IMG/VR virus record: IMGVR_UViG_3300035157_000972
Strand: one strand, 5' to 3'
Length of the DNA stretch: 64,000 nucleotides
Source: a virus
Made by a program: the position numbers and the translations under genes. Below the pieces are notes generated by a model. The model worked only from the letters and a program-made list of their open reading frames with translations. It was not told the origin of the DNA and did no database searches. Shown in pieces: positions 18,472 through 27,646 of this stretch (its first letter is position 1; every line of letters starts with the position of its first letter).

Positions 18472-19393
18472 GTTTCTTCGAGATCAAATACTAGAAGCGA
18501 CTGATCATGTTTACTCGACTGGTCAGCATATGTTGGGTCCAAATACAAGATACTTTGAGCAGTGGTTGACAAAGAAGAACAAGCAACCCACACTCACAGT
18601 AGATAATGGTACACAGGCACTAGAAATTGTAGCAGAGTGGTATAAGAAAACTTATGATGGCACTGTATATCTTCCTGCATTCTCATTCATTGCTACAGAC
18701 AATGCCTTCAAGAGAGTGGGTTGTAAGATAAAGTATGTTGAGGTAGATGAATATGGATTGATGCAAGATGCACATGCAGAGGAGTGGACAGATCTTGTTG
18801 TATTGGTAGGATTGTATGGAGCAGCACTCAAACCACAGAAAGGAATCATATGTGAAGATGGTGCACAGAATTGGACAGGTAATGGATTCAAAAGAATCGG
18901 TGACATATGTACAATGTCATTCGACCCAATGAAAAACCTACCCAATTATGGGAATGGTGGTGCTATTTGCACAACTATACCTGAGTTGTATGAGTTTATA
19001 AAAAACTTCCGTCACCATCATCATCCAAAGTACACAGATGTAGCAACTAATTCAAAGATGAGTGAGTTAGATTGTGCATGCATGATGATCAAGGCAAAGT
19101 ATTTGGAGGAGTGGGAAAGAAGGAGAAAGGAGATTGCTAAGTATTGGATGGAGAATTGTAAGTATAAGGTATTGATAAATGATTTGTACTCACATGCTGT
19201 ACAGAAGTTTGTCATTCAACTTGATGATAGGGATGACTTTAGAGAGAAAGTATGTTATCCTACTAGAATCAACTATCCATACACACTAGCACCTACAGAG
19301 AATGCAGTGAAGTTATCGAAGACAGTTGTATCGTTACCAATTTATCCTGAGTTGACAGATGCTGAAGTCGAGATTATCAATGACACCCTTTGA
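18416..19393 (+). CDS. DegT/DnrJ/EryC1/StrS sugar aminotransferase
   Basis: 'NGTQAL', 'SFIAT', 'EDGAQ', PLP-Lys 'SFDPMKNL', 'SLPIYPEL'. Confidence 0.9.
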   Translation: MTGSQSSTITFTGLQRQYKFLRDQILEATDHVYSTGQHMLGPNTRYFEQWLTKKNKQPTLTVDNGTQALEIVAEWYKKTYDGTVYLPAFSFIATDNAFKRVGCKIKYVEVDEYGLMQDAHAEEWTDLVVLVGLYGAALKPQKGIICEDGAQNWTGNGFKRIGDICTMSFDPMKNLPNYGNGGAICTTIPELYEFIKNFRHHHHPKYTDVATNSKMSELDCACMMIKAKYLEEWERRRKEIAKYWMENCKYKVLINDLYSHAVQKFVIQLDDRDDFREKVCYPTRINYPYTLAPTENAVKLSKTVVSLPIYPELTDAEVEIINDTL

Positions 19394-19964
19394 CACCTAT
19401 AAAATATATCTTGCAATGAAGAGTCACTTCACCAGAGAGAAGTATGATTACTTCCAGTATGGTGGTAAGACTAATGCTAGTGTAGATTCATTTTATAAAA
19501 GAAAGGACAGATATTTTTTCGAGAAAACATCAAGGAAGTATCCAGATGAGGAGGTCAAACAATTCTTTGTTGCTAATTTTGTAGAGTCAACTGATCCTCA
19601 AAGTCTTTGGATAGGGACAATCGCTAGGACAGGTGATGCAAATTACTCAGCATGGCAGAAGAGACAGCAGAGTTTATACTATAAGTTTACTCAAGAGATA
19701 GATGAATTATGTAAAGTTCCTTTTGCAGAGTGGTTCACAGGTAAAGGTCATCCACACATACTCAAGTGTCATCTAAGAGATGAGTTGAGTATTGAGAATA
19801 TGATAATTTTAGATAAGGTCTTTGGATATAAGAAGAACTTTGATAAGACTTTGACTGACCCTGTATGGGAGAAAATTAGTATGAAAATGCATAAGTATTC
19901 ACCGTTTCTAAATATTGATATATTTAAATACAAAACTTATCTAAAGGAACAACTGTATGAGTAA
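19380..19964 (+). CDS. gp59: Helicase loader gp59
   Basis: 'YLAMKSHF..YDYFQYGGK..SFYKRKDRYFFEK'. Confidence 0.9.
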   Translation: MTPFDTYKIYLAMKSHFTREKYDYFQYGGKTNASVDSFYKRKDRYFFEKTSRKYPDEEVKQFFVANFVESTDPQSLWIGTIARTGDANYSAWQKRQQSLYYKFTQEIDELCKVPFAEWFTGKGHPHILKCHLRDELSIENMIILDKVFGYKKNFDKTLTDPVWEKISMKMHKYSPFLNIDIFKYKTYLKEQLYE

Positions 19965-20286
19965 ATTCTTCAGATCACAGATCATTCAAGAAGAAATGCA
20001 GGATATATTTGAGACACAGAAAGACCTTTATGCTGTCATCATGAAGTTTGCAACGATGACTGACGAAGAGAAGAAAGAACATATGCAAAAACTTATATCA
20101 CTTATTGATAAACAAGAAGTTATGTGGACAAGGTTATCATTGTCAGATGACCCAGAAGCAAAGCAAATGAAAGAAAAAATCCAAATGACTTCTGCTGCCA
20201 TGGGATTCAAAGAAGTTAATATGAACACAATCTTCAATAATATGAGACAGACACTAGAGAATTTGTCAAGTAAATTACATACATAA
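19957..20286 (+). CDS. DUF1825-family protein
   Basis: 'FFRSQIIQEEM..LIDKQ..RLSLSDDPEA'. Confidence 0.75.
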   Translation: MSKFFRSQIIQEEMQDIFETQKDLYAVIMKFATMTDEEKKEHMQKLISLIDKQEVMWTRLSLSDDPEAKQMKEKIQMTSAAMGFKEVNMNTIFNNMRQTLENLSSKLHT

Positions 20287-20307
20287 TATTATATTACTCA
20301 TTAGTAT

Positions 20308-20607
20308 ATGTTATCAACAGCATACCGCCTTCGGTTGGAAGGCATTTGCAAGTCAATTGCAGCAGGAACAGAAGTTAGTATGGAAGATATGATATGGGCA
20401 CAGAAATTGTCAAAAGCAAATACATCTGCTAGAGGTATGTTGAGTACAGCAAGAAGAATGAGAACAAATCCTAACGATTCTTTTCTGAATAACTTGAATA
20501 TAGGAGACCCCGATTCAAGTAATCACCGTAGGGGTTTCTATAAACCAGAAGATGTGGTAGACTGGTTTCATCAGGACAGACCTGACGATTGGAGGCAACG
20601 AGACTAA
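20308..20607 (+). CDS. Conserved cyanophage hypothetical protein
   Basis: 'MLSTAYRLRLEGIC..GDPDSSNH..DWRQRD'. Confidence 0.7.
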   Translation: MLSTAYRLRLEGICKSIAAGTEVSMEDMIWAQKLSKANTSARGMLSTARRMRTNPNDSFLNNLNIGDPDSSNHRRGFYKPEDVVDWFHQDRPDDWRQRD

Positions 20608-20894
20608 TGTTAGCATTTTTATTCACAGCAGCAGGGTTTCTAAACCTGATGTTTTACATCTTTGCGATAGGATGTGGGATCTCATTTATTCTTGAGCAAA
20701 TTCTCAAGGTCAGACCTTTGAGTGCTGACTCATCAATGAACGAGAGGAACATGTACATCGTTCAGAGCAATAGAAGATACTGTTGGAGACAAGCATGGAT
20801 CACTAATGTTTTTTGGTTCTTGTGTAATATTGGTTTGTATATCATCTCAAGAAACATGCAAACACCAACAGACACATTCTGGAATGGGATATAG
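20607..20894 (+). CDS. Hypothetical membrane protein
   Basis: Two hydrophobic segments; TAATG coupling. Confidence 0.6.
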   Translation: MLAFLFTAAGFLNLMFYIFAIGCGISFILEQILKVRPLSADSSMNERNMYIVQSNRRYCWRQAWITNVFWFLCNIGLYIISRNMQTPTDTFWNGI

Positions 20895-20897
20895 ACC

Positions 20898-21047
20898 ATG
20901 CTAGGACTAATTCTATTAATTTTATGCATTCCCTTTGTTGTGCTGACACTATTTTTCGGTACAAAAGGAGGGTTTTATGACAGTGATGACTATGATGGAC
21001 ATGGCACTGCTCATAAGGTTTTAGTTGATGATGAAACCGAGATATAA
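20898..21047 (+). CDS. ndhP: NDH-1 complex small subunit NdhP (49 aa, not in ORF track)
   Basis: One transmembrane helix followed by 'FFGTKGGFYDSDDYDGHGTAH', the NdhP C-terminal signature. Confidence 0.82.
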   Translation: MLGLILLILCIPFVVLTLFFGTKGGFYDSDDYDGHGTAHKVLVDDETEI

Positions 21048-21050
21048 TAC

Positions 21051-21079
21051 TTGACCTTACCTAAATAGTATGTTATATT
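21051..21079 (+). promoter_or_regulatory. Dual sigma70/late promoter for gene 32
   Basis: TTGACC-17 bp-TATATT with CTAAATA (21061-21067) in the spacer. Confidence 0.55.
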
Positions 21080-21147
21080 AATCTTGTTGTATGCAAGGTG
21101 CTAATCCACCGATTTACTCAATCCGACGAATCCAATTAATCAAACTA

Positions 21148-22062
21148 ATGTCATTCGCAAATCTAAAAAAACAGTCAAGACTAGGCAGTCTCACTTCTAA
21201 ACTTACAAGTGAGATCGAAAAGATGAACAAAGGCACTACTAATGGTGCTGATGAGCGTCTTTGGAAACTAGAAGTTGACAAAGCAGGTAACGGTTATGCT
21301 GTAATCCGTTTTCTTCCTGCACCCGACGGGGAAGAACTTCCATGGGCAAAGGTATGGTCACATGCTTTTCAAGGTCCCGGAGGTTGGTACATTGAGAACA
21401 GTCTCACCACACTAGGTCAGAAAGATCCAGTGTCGGAGTACAATAGACTACTATGGAATAGTGGTAGTGATGACGATAAAGATCAAGCAAGAAAGCAGAA
21501 GAGAAAACTTACATATATTTCTAACATATATGTTGTAAAGGATCCTGCTAACCCACAGAATGAAGGTAAAGTATTCTTATACAAGTTCGGTAAAAAGATC
21601 TTTGATAAGATAACTGCAGCAATGCAACCTGAGTTTGAAGATGAGGAAGCAATTGATCCATTTGACTTCTGGCAAGGTGCTAACTTCAAGTTGAAGGCAA
21701 AGAACGTTGCCGGTTATAGAAACTACGATTCAAGTGAGTTCACAAAGACTGAAGCATTATTGGATGACGATGATGCATTAGAAACCATATGGAAAGGACA
21801 ATTTTCATTGGAAGAGTTCACAAAGGCAGATCAATTCAAGTCCTATCAGGATTTGGAGAAGAGAATGAATGCTGTATTGAATCCATCTACTGCAAGAAAG
21901 GCACTCGACCCTGAAACTTTTGACGAGCAAGAGGAAGTTACCCTCAAGTCTCGTGAGCAAGTCAAGGAAGAGGCAAGTGTCGTAAAAGAACCAGTTGCTG
22001 TGGCAGCAAGTGAAGACACTGATGATGCCCTTTCATATTTCCAACGTCTAGCGGAGGAATAA
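21148..22062 (+). CDS. gp32: Single-stranded DNA-binding protein gp32
   Basis: 'DERLWKLEVDKAGNGYAVIRFLP', 'WYIENSLTT', 'FGKKIFDK', acidic tail. Confidence 0.96.
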   Translation: MSFANLKKQSRLGSLTSKLTSEIEKMNKGTTNGADERLWKLEVDKAGNGYAVIRFLPAPDGEELPWAKVWSHAFQGPGGWYIENSLTTLGQKDPVSEYNRLLWNSGSDDDKDQARKQKRKLTYISNIYVVKDPANPQNEGKVFLYKFGKKIFDKITAAMQPEFEDEEAIDPFDFWQGANFKLKAKNVAGYRNYDSSEFTKTEALLDDDDALETIWKGQFSLEEFTKADQFKSYQDLEKRMNAVLNPSTARKALDPETFDEQEEVTLKSREQVKEEASVVKEPVAVAASEDTDDALSYFQRLAEE

Positions 22063-22063
22063 T

Positions 22064-22339
22064 ATGGCAGGATCAGACCTACTTGCAGCAGCAAGTCTCA
22101 ACCTCAATGAAGCATGGAACATGTCATGGGGTGAGGGTATTCAATTCCTAATCGTATTGATTATCCTATACTATGTCAAGAAACGTATTGATTTGCACTT
22201 CGCAAGAAAGACTGCAAAGAATACTATCTACAAGGTCAAAATTGTAGAAGGTCACATCGACATTGATCATGGACACATAGAGTCCATAGACCACAACCAT
22301 GTCGAGGGTGATGTCAATACACATGCGAAGCAATGGTGA
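22064..22339 (+). CDS. Membrane-anchored protein with His-rich C-terminus
   Basis: GGAGG upstream; transmembrane helix, then 'GHIDIDHGHIESIDHNHVEG'. Confidence 0.6.
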   Translation: MAGSDLLAAASLNLNEAWNMSWGEGIQFLIVLIILYYVKKRIDLHFARKTAKNTIYKVKIVEGHIDIDHGHIESIDHNHVEGDVNTHAKQW

Positions 22340-22341
22340 GC

Positions 22342-22412
22342 AAATTCGACTTTTAATTCCAAAAATACCGGAAAAAAAATTCCGGTATTTTTTTTGTCTT
22401 AAGGTTTTTTAT
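22342..22412. repeat. Copy B of the dispersed element, containing a probable bidirectional terminator
   Basis: Perfect stem AAAAATACCGGA/TCCGGTATTTTT between convergent genes; matches 17443-17512. Confidence 0.7.
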
Positions 22413-23077
22413 CTAGGTGACAGTATTCTAAGATTGTCGCCTTTTTTAGTGCGATTATCAATATATTGTGAACTATCTGTATATCTCATTATCTCCCTCA
22501 TATCCAAAAATACTTGTGTTAGATAATTCGTTCTAAGTAAATATATGGTTCTCTTGGCATCATTCTTATTAACTTCATATTCGTAATTAGTAACTTCACC
22601 CACCACCTGAGTTCCTGATAGAGTTACATTGCCTGTTGTAGAAAGATAATTGAATTGAAATGTAGAATCCACTTCTAAACCCTCACTAAGAAGTAATGAA
22701 CCATCTACAGGATGAGTTATCTTTTTGGTTTCATAATGATGTACTCCATCGAGTTGTTCTTGAGTGTATTTGTTATCCAAGTAACGATTTAGATCTGAAT
22801 CAGACATTGGCCATTCATCACGAATATTCAATATATTATTTGATAATAGAACCACCCAATCAAGGTTTGGATCTTTATATGCCTTGAATGCTACATTATC
22901 AGGTCTATCATCACCTTGTATTGCAAATTCTTCAAATGCCACTGCATCACGAAATATATCATCACGAATTTTTGCACGTTTGAATAAATTTTTAGATTTT
23001 ACAAAATCAGTACTAGAATTCCTGTTATCTGTAAAAGATGGTAGTAAAATATCGGGAAATTCGGTAAAGTATGCCAT
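22409..23077 (-). CDS. gp53: Baseplate wedge subunit gp53
   Basis: 'YFTEFPD', 'KNLFKR', 'DRPDNVA..WVVLLSNNI..EWP', 'HHYET'. Confidence 0.9.
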   Translation of the reverse strand: MAYFTEFPDILLPSFTDNRNSSTDFVKSKNLFKRAKIRDDIFRDAVAFEEFAIQGDDRPDNVAFKAYKDPNLDWVVLLSNNILNIRDEWPMSDSDLNRYLDNKYTQEQLDGVHHYETKKITHPVDGSLLLSEGLEVDSTFQFNYLSTTGNVTLSGTQVVGEVTNYEYEVNKNDAKRTIYLLRTNYLTQVFLDMREIMRYTDSSQYIDNRTKKGDNLRILSPR

Positions 23078-25065
23078 TAGAATCCTGTATCCTCCAGTGA
23101 AATTGGTTCAAATCCTCCTTCCCCTTTAGGACTTCCGAATTCATCAGAGAAGTCACTTCCCTCTTTAATTCCCGGTTCAAGTTCATTGAGGTAATCACCA
23201 CGGAATATTGGAGTAAGTTCAGTAAAGTTCAAATTCATGATAGTTCTAACCGGTGATGACCCTGCTGAAGCGTCCTCATATGATTGATATACTCCATCAG
23301 GGGCATAATTTATCTCGCATGTTGTGAGTGCACATATTTTATGTAGTGGTAGACCCTTTATTCTTTGTCCTTCATTTGTTCGGTATCTAATTCTAAAGAT
23401 ATTTGGAGATCCTAAAAATATCCTATTTTCTAGAGATCTTCCCGGTGCCATACCTTGTTTGAAGAATCTTTGTATTCTTCTCATTACAGAAGCATCCAAT
23501 TCATCATTTGGTGCAAAATTAAAGGAAAAGACAAAATTTCTCAATTTAGGACCATTGAACAATAGTTCTAAATTGGGGTTTATGACGGTTCCAACTGTTC
23601 TTGCCAACATTTGATTTGCATCAACTTGTATTCCTACTCTACTTAGAGCAAATTGTGATATTACAGCAGAAATTGCTTCTCCTGTGGGACCACTAACTTT
23701 TCCTTTTTTAATATCATTCAAAACTGCCTTTATATCTCCTCCTATACTACTAAATGCACCTCCAAAGTTTCCATCCATGACTGCTTGCCTTATCGAATTT
23801 TGAGTAGACATAAATGCTGCCATTTCTAGAGGATTTGCTCTTCCATCACCCCATGCAACACCATTTGAAAAACTAAGATTATTTGGAATTGGCATTTTTA
23901 CCATACCTAAAAAGGTTCTTAGTACAGAATTTCTTGAGACTCCTGATAGATATGTGGAATCTCGATTTGTCTGATCCACATGGTCTTTCATATTGTCTCT
24001 CTGAGGTGGTTTATATGAAAATTGTTCTAATATTATATGATCTTGACCTCCTTCAGTTCCTTCGCTTCCATATACAGCGTCATGTGGATATTTCAAAGAA
24101 ACAAAACCAAATTCTTCAGCACCAAATGATTTTATAAATTTTTCATCATCTTTTCCATAAATTTGTTCGATAGCAACATCGAGAGGATTGTAATCACGTT
24201 CTCCGTCCGTAAACGTTATATTGTTATCGCTACCAACGTCATCTGCTAATTCCGTAAATTCACTCACACCAATAGCAACGTTTGCTGCTTCGGTGTTTCC
24301 AATTCCAACTGTATTTGATAGGTCTTTGTTTTCTATGAGTGTATCAAAATTGTATCCATTTTCCAAGAAACCCTCATGAGTAAGATCTTTTTCAGCAATT
24401 CTTTCATACACATCTGCAAGTTCTGGATTATTTGCTCTCAATTGCTCCACCAATACTTCTTTATCTAAATTATAGGTATCAGCATACTGGTCTAATTGAA
24501 ATAATTGAGTCAATACGGCAACTTTGTAATTAGGGTGAGACATAATTGCATCATAAGCATTGATATTATATTCTTTGCCTGCTCCAGTCCAACCATCACC
24601 TCTATATCTTCCAACCCCTGACCATTGAGGGTGCCATATTGCTACATTCTTGAATCCAAATTCGGTATCAAACTTACCAAAAGTCGGACTATTTGGATTA
24701 AGATCTATATATGCTATAAATTTTTCTGCTTCTGCACCGATAGTAGCATCTACTATCGTAGTTTCACCATCTTTTGTAACAAATCTCTTAAAAGTATTCT
24801 CTAAGTTTGGTATCTCTGAATCTATACCATTTATTTTTTCACCATTAAGATTAGTAATGTGTATTGAATCATTACTCTGTATATAAATTTCTAGTTTACC
24901 ATCTGGCAATCCTATTACTTCACCACCATTAGTTTGATCAACAAATTCTTTTAGAAGATCAAATCCCGTGAACCTTTGGGGCCAACCATTCTCAGTCTCG
25001 AATAGATCACCTAGACCTTGGTTTTTATCAAGGAGATCATAAGAACTCATTATGTCATCTGACAT
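23077..25065 (-). CDS. gp48: Baseplate tail tube cap gp48 with long N-terminal extension
   Basis: 'MPIPNNL', 'INPNLELLFNGPKLRNFVFSF', 'FTELTPI'; sits next to gp53. Confidence 0.82.
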   Translation of the reverse strand: MSDDIMSSYDLLDKNQGLGDLFETENGWPQRFTGFDLLKEFVDQTNGGEVIGLPDGKLEIYIQSNDSIHITNLNGEKINGIDSEIPNLENTFKRFVTKDGETTIVDATIGAEAEKFIAYIDLNPNSPTFGKFDTEFGFKNVAIWHPQWSGVGRYRGDGWTGAGKEYNINAYDAIMSHPNYKVAVLTQLFQLDQYADTYNLDKEVLVEQLRANNPELADVYERIAEKDLTHEGFLENGYNFDTLIENKDLSNTVGIGNTEAANVAIGVSEFTELADDVGSDNNITFTDGERDYNPLDVAIEQIYGKDDEKFIKSFGAEEFGFVSLKYPHDAVYGSEGTEGGQDHIILEQFSYKPPQRDNMKDHVDQTNRDSTYLSGVSRNSVLRTFLGMVKMPIPNNLSFSNGVAWGDGRANPLEMAAFMSTQNSIRQAVMDGNFGGAFSSIGGDIKAVLNDIKKGKVSGPTGEAISAVISQFALSRVGIQVDANQMLARTVGTVINPNLELLFNGPKLRNFVFSFNFAPNDELDASVMRRIQRFFKQGMAPGRSLENRIFLGSPNIFRIRYRTNEGQRIKGLPLHKICALTTCEINYAPDGVYQSYEDASAGSSPVRTIMNLNFTELTPIFRGDYLNELEPGIKEGSDFSDEFGSPKGEGGFEPISLEDTGF

Positions 25066-25457
25066 TACTGATACCTCGCTATATTAACTGGCATTTCAAT
25101 ACCACCTAGAACTCTTACAAATTCTGATAGTGATAAACTAAATGCTTTTTCCCAATCGGACATAGGAACTTCTGAAAAATTTGATCTTACGTAACCGTAC
25201 AGGTATTTATGGTATCCCGTGATGACTGTTGGGTCGTTATCTTCATCAAGATATCTCATGATTGCCATTCTGTTTGATGGTTTGGTGTAATGAAGGTTAA
25301 TACCGTAAAAAGCACCCGATTCTGTTGCTAAAACATAGCATAAAGGGTGTTTATCGTAGAAAGGGAGTGTGTCTTTATACTTTGCAGAGTATCTGAACAG
25401 TAAAAGTTTGCCCGGGCTGACGTTAGATGGTTGAGTGTTGAGTAGACTAGATGCCAA
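25065..25457 (-). CDS. gp2: DNA end protector protein gp2
   Basis: 'PGKLLLFRYSAK..LPFYDKHPL..FYGINLHY..HKYL'. Confidence 0.82.
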   Translation of the reverse strand: MASSLLNTQPSNVSPGKLLLFRYSAKYKDTLPFYDKHPLCYVLATESGAFYGINLHYTKPSNRMAIMRYLDEDNDPTVITGYHKYLYGYVRSNFSEVPMSDWEKAFSLSLSEFVRVLGGIEMPVNIARYQ

Positions 25458-25881
25458 GTTCCTTCTCCGTGATTATTTGAAAATTCCATTTACGATCTTT
25501 GCAGAATGACTCTGCTGCTTGCCATTTTGCTTGGTTTTTAGCAAATTCATAGACCTCTGCAACATATTTCTTTGTTCTTCTTTTCTGTATAGTAGGACCT
25601 TTGACCTGTTTTTGTGGTTTGACTTCTATGAGTCTTTCTTCTATTTTACCAGTAGAACTCTTCATTTTGACATAAAAGTCTGGAAAATACCTATGATAGC
25701 GGTTGTCAATGGGTGATTTGTATGGTATTACTACTTCTTCACTCGACCATTTCAAAATATTCACATTACCATCACACCAACGCATGAATTTCAGTTCCCA
25801 TAAAGAGCGATATATCACCTTTGTGGGATCACCTTTATACTTATTAGGGTTGGAAGGACGGAACTTCCCCTTATATGACAT
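25447..25881 (-). CDS. gp4: Head completion nuclease gp4
   Basis: 'YKGKFRPSNPNKYKGD..YRSLWE..WSSEE..YFPDF..EVKP..NQAKW'. Confidence 0.93.
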   Translation of the reverse strand: MSYKGKFRPSNPNKYKGDPTKVIYRSLWELKFMRWCDGNVNILKWSSEEVVIPYKSPIDNRYHRYFPDFYVKMKSSTGKIEERLIEVKPQKQVKGPTIQKRRTKKYVAEVYEFAKNQAKWQAAESFCKDRKWNFQIITEKELGI

Positions 25882-25909
25882 ACATAGTATATACTGTCCA
25901 TCTATTTAG

Positions 25910-26716
25910 ATGCCTAAATCAAGAGTTTTTTCAAAAGATAGATTTTACTTGAGAACAGAAGAGTTGTATAATCTCGGTGGTTTCAATAATGCTGTACCTG
26001 CATTTAATAATCTTTATGATGTTTATATCAACTTCAATACTCAGGGTGGAAATCCTAATCTCATGCAATTTATAAAACAGCATGTGATATTACCTGCTAA
26101 TGATGTAATGAATGAACCGGGAGATAACTTAGCACTATTCTGTTCAGAAGCGGTTTTACCGGGTTCACAGATTCAAACTGCCTCTATCAGTGGTTTGAGG
26201 CAAGGTGTAACACAAAATTATGCTGTATACAGAAGATATCCTGACTTCAATCTTACCTTCTATGCTCAAAAAGACTATTTCACACAAGAAGTATTCAATG
26301 CATGGTTAGAATATATTTCACCTATACAAATTGAAGATCGTAATCATGGTAGTATTGATCGACAAAGAAGTAGAGATAACGCCTATAAAAAACTAAAATA
26401 TCCTAGATCATATAAATGTGAGATGGAAATTACAGCATTTAGTAATGATTTCCTAATGCCTGAGAGTAGATTGAAAAATTCAAGAGGAGTACAACAAAGA
26501 TCACCCAACTATATCACATATTATATGAAGAATTGTTTTCCTGCTAGTATTATTGCTGCTCCTCTAGCATATGGAAAGGCAGAGTTAGTAAAAACTACCA
26601 TCACCTTCAAGTATGACTACTTCACTATAGATAGGGGTGCAAGAAATGATGATGATTCTGCTTCACTGCAACAAAAGGCAAGAAAATTAATAAGTCCATT
26701 TATGCTTGCTATATAA
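25910..26716 (+). CDS. Tail tube/baseplate initiator, gp54/gp19-like
   Basis: 'LFCSEAVLPG', 'FNAWLEYI', 'NCFPASI', 'TITFKYD'. Confidence 0.7.
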   Translation: MPKSRVFSKDRFYLRTEELYNLGGFNNAVPAFNNLYDVYINFNTQGGNPNLMQFIKQHVILPANDVMNEPGDNLALFCSEAVLPGSQIQTASISGLRQGVTQNYAVYRRYPDFNLTFYAQKDYFTQEVFNAWLEYISPIQIEDRNHGSIDRQRSRDNAYKKLKYPRSYKCEMEITAFSNDFLMPESRLKNSRGVQQRSPNYITYYMKNCFPASIIAAPLAYGKAELVKTTITFKYDYFTIDRGARNDDDSASLQQKARKLISPFMLAI

Positions 26717-26735
26717 TATACTGAATTGAAAAATT

Positions 26736-27464
26736 ATGCCATTACCAAAGGTTTCAACGCCGGTATTTGAACTAGATTTAATATCATCCAATAAAAAAGT
26801 AAAATTTCGCCCTTTTTTAGTGAAAGAGGAGAAATCTTTGCTTGTTGCATTAGAGAGTGGTGATGAAAAGACTATTCATAATACACTCAAGAGTGTACTA
26901 AAGTCTTGTATTCTCACTCGTGGTATCAAGGTGGATGAATTACCTAGTTTTGATTTGGAGTTTTTATTCTTAAATATTAGAGGTAAATCAGTCGGTGAAA
27001 CTGTAGAATTGCTCGTAACATGTAGGGATGATGGGGAAACTCAAGTTCCGTTGACCATTCAAATGTCGGATATAAAACTAAGTGTTCCTGATGATCATAA
27101 TCAGACCATTGATTTAGGAAACAACCTATTCCTAAAACTAAAGTATCCTTCATTACAACAATTTGTGGAGAATAACTTTATTGTTTCTAATTTGAAAGAC
27201 ACAGATTTAGTTGAAAAAACATTTGATAGTGTCGCTGATTGTATAGAGCAAGTTTATAATGAAGAAGAAGCGTGGTCTGCAAGTGAATGTACGAAAAAAG
27301 AGTTATTAGACTTTGTTGGGCAACTAAGTTCAAGTCAATTTCAAAAAATTGAAGAATTTTTTACCACAATGCCTAAGTTATCATATAAAACCACAGTGAA
27401 AAATCCTAAAACTAAAAAGGATAATGAAGTTGTAATTGAGGGTTTATCAAATTTTTTCGCGTAA
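26736..27464 (+). CDS. gp26: Baseplate hub subunit gp26
   Basis: 'MPLPK', 'FRPFLVKEEK', 'FDLEFLFLNIRGKSVGE', 'FFTTMPKL'. Confidence 0.93.
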   Translation: MPLPKVSTPVFELDLISSNKKVKFRPFLVKEEKSLLVALESGDEKTIHNTLKSVLKSCILTRGIKVDELPSFDLEFLFLNIRGKSVGETVELLVTCRDDGETQVPLTIQMSDIKLSVPDDHNQTIDLGNNLFLKLKYPSLQQFVENNFIVSNLKDTDLVEKTFDSVADCIEQVYNEEEAWSASECTKKELLDFVGQLSSSQFQKIEEFFTTMPKLSYKTTVKNPKTKKDNEVVIEGLSNFFA

Positions 27465-27646
27465 TGATGTATCATGAGTCTCTATCATCATACATGGAAA
27501 ATATGTTTGCTCTGGTTCAATTCCATTCATGGAGTATATCAGAGGTAGAGAATATGATACCGTGGGAAAAACAAACCTACATTGAAATGCTTCATAATTA
27601 TGTTGAAAAGAAAAATTTAGAAGCACAGCAAGCAAAGAATGGCTGA
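27464..27646 (+). CDS. gp51: Baseplate hub assembly protein gp51
   Basis: 'FALVQFHSWSISEVENMIPWEK..Y' directly after gp26. Confidence 0.85.
   Translation: MMYHESLSSYMENMFALVQFHSWSISEVENMIPWEKQTYIEMLHNYVEKKNLEAQQAKNG

Noticed and set aside
22299-22526. 75-aa plus-strand ORF
   Set aside because: Runs through the terminator element and antisense into gp53.
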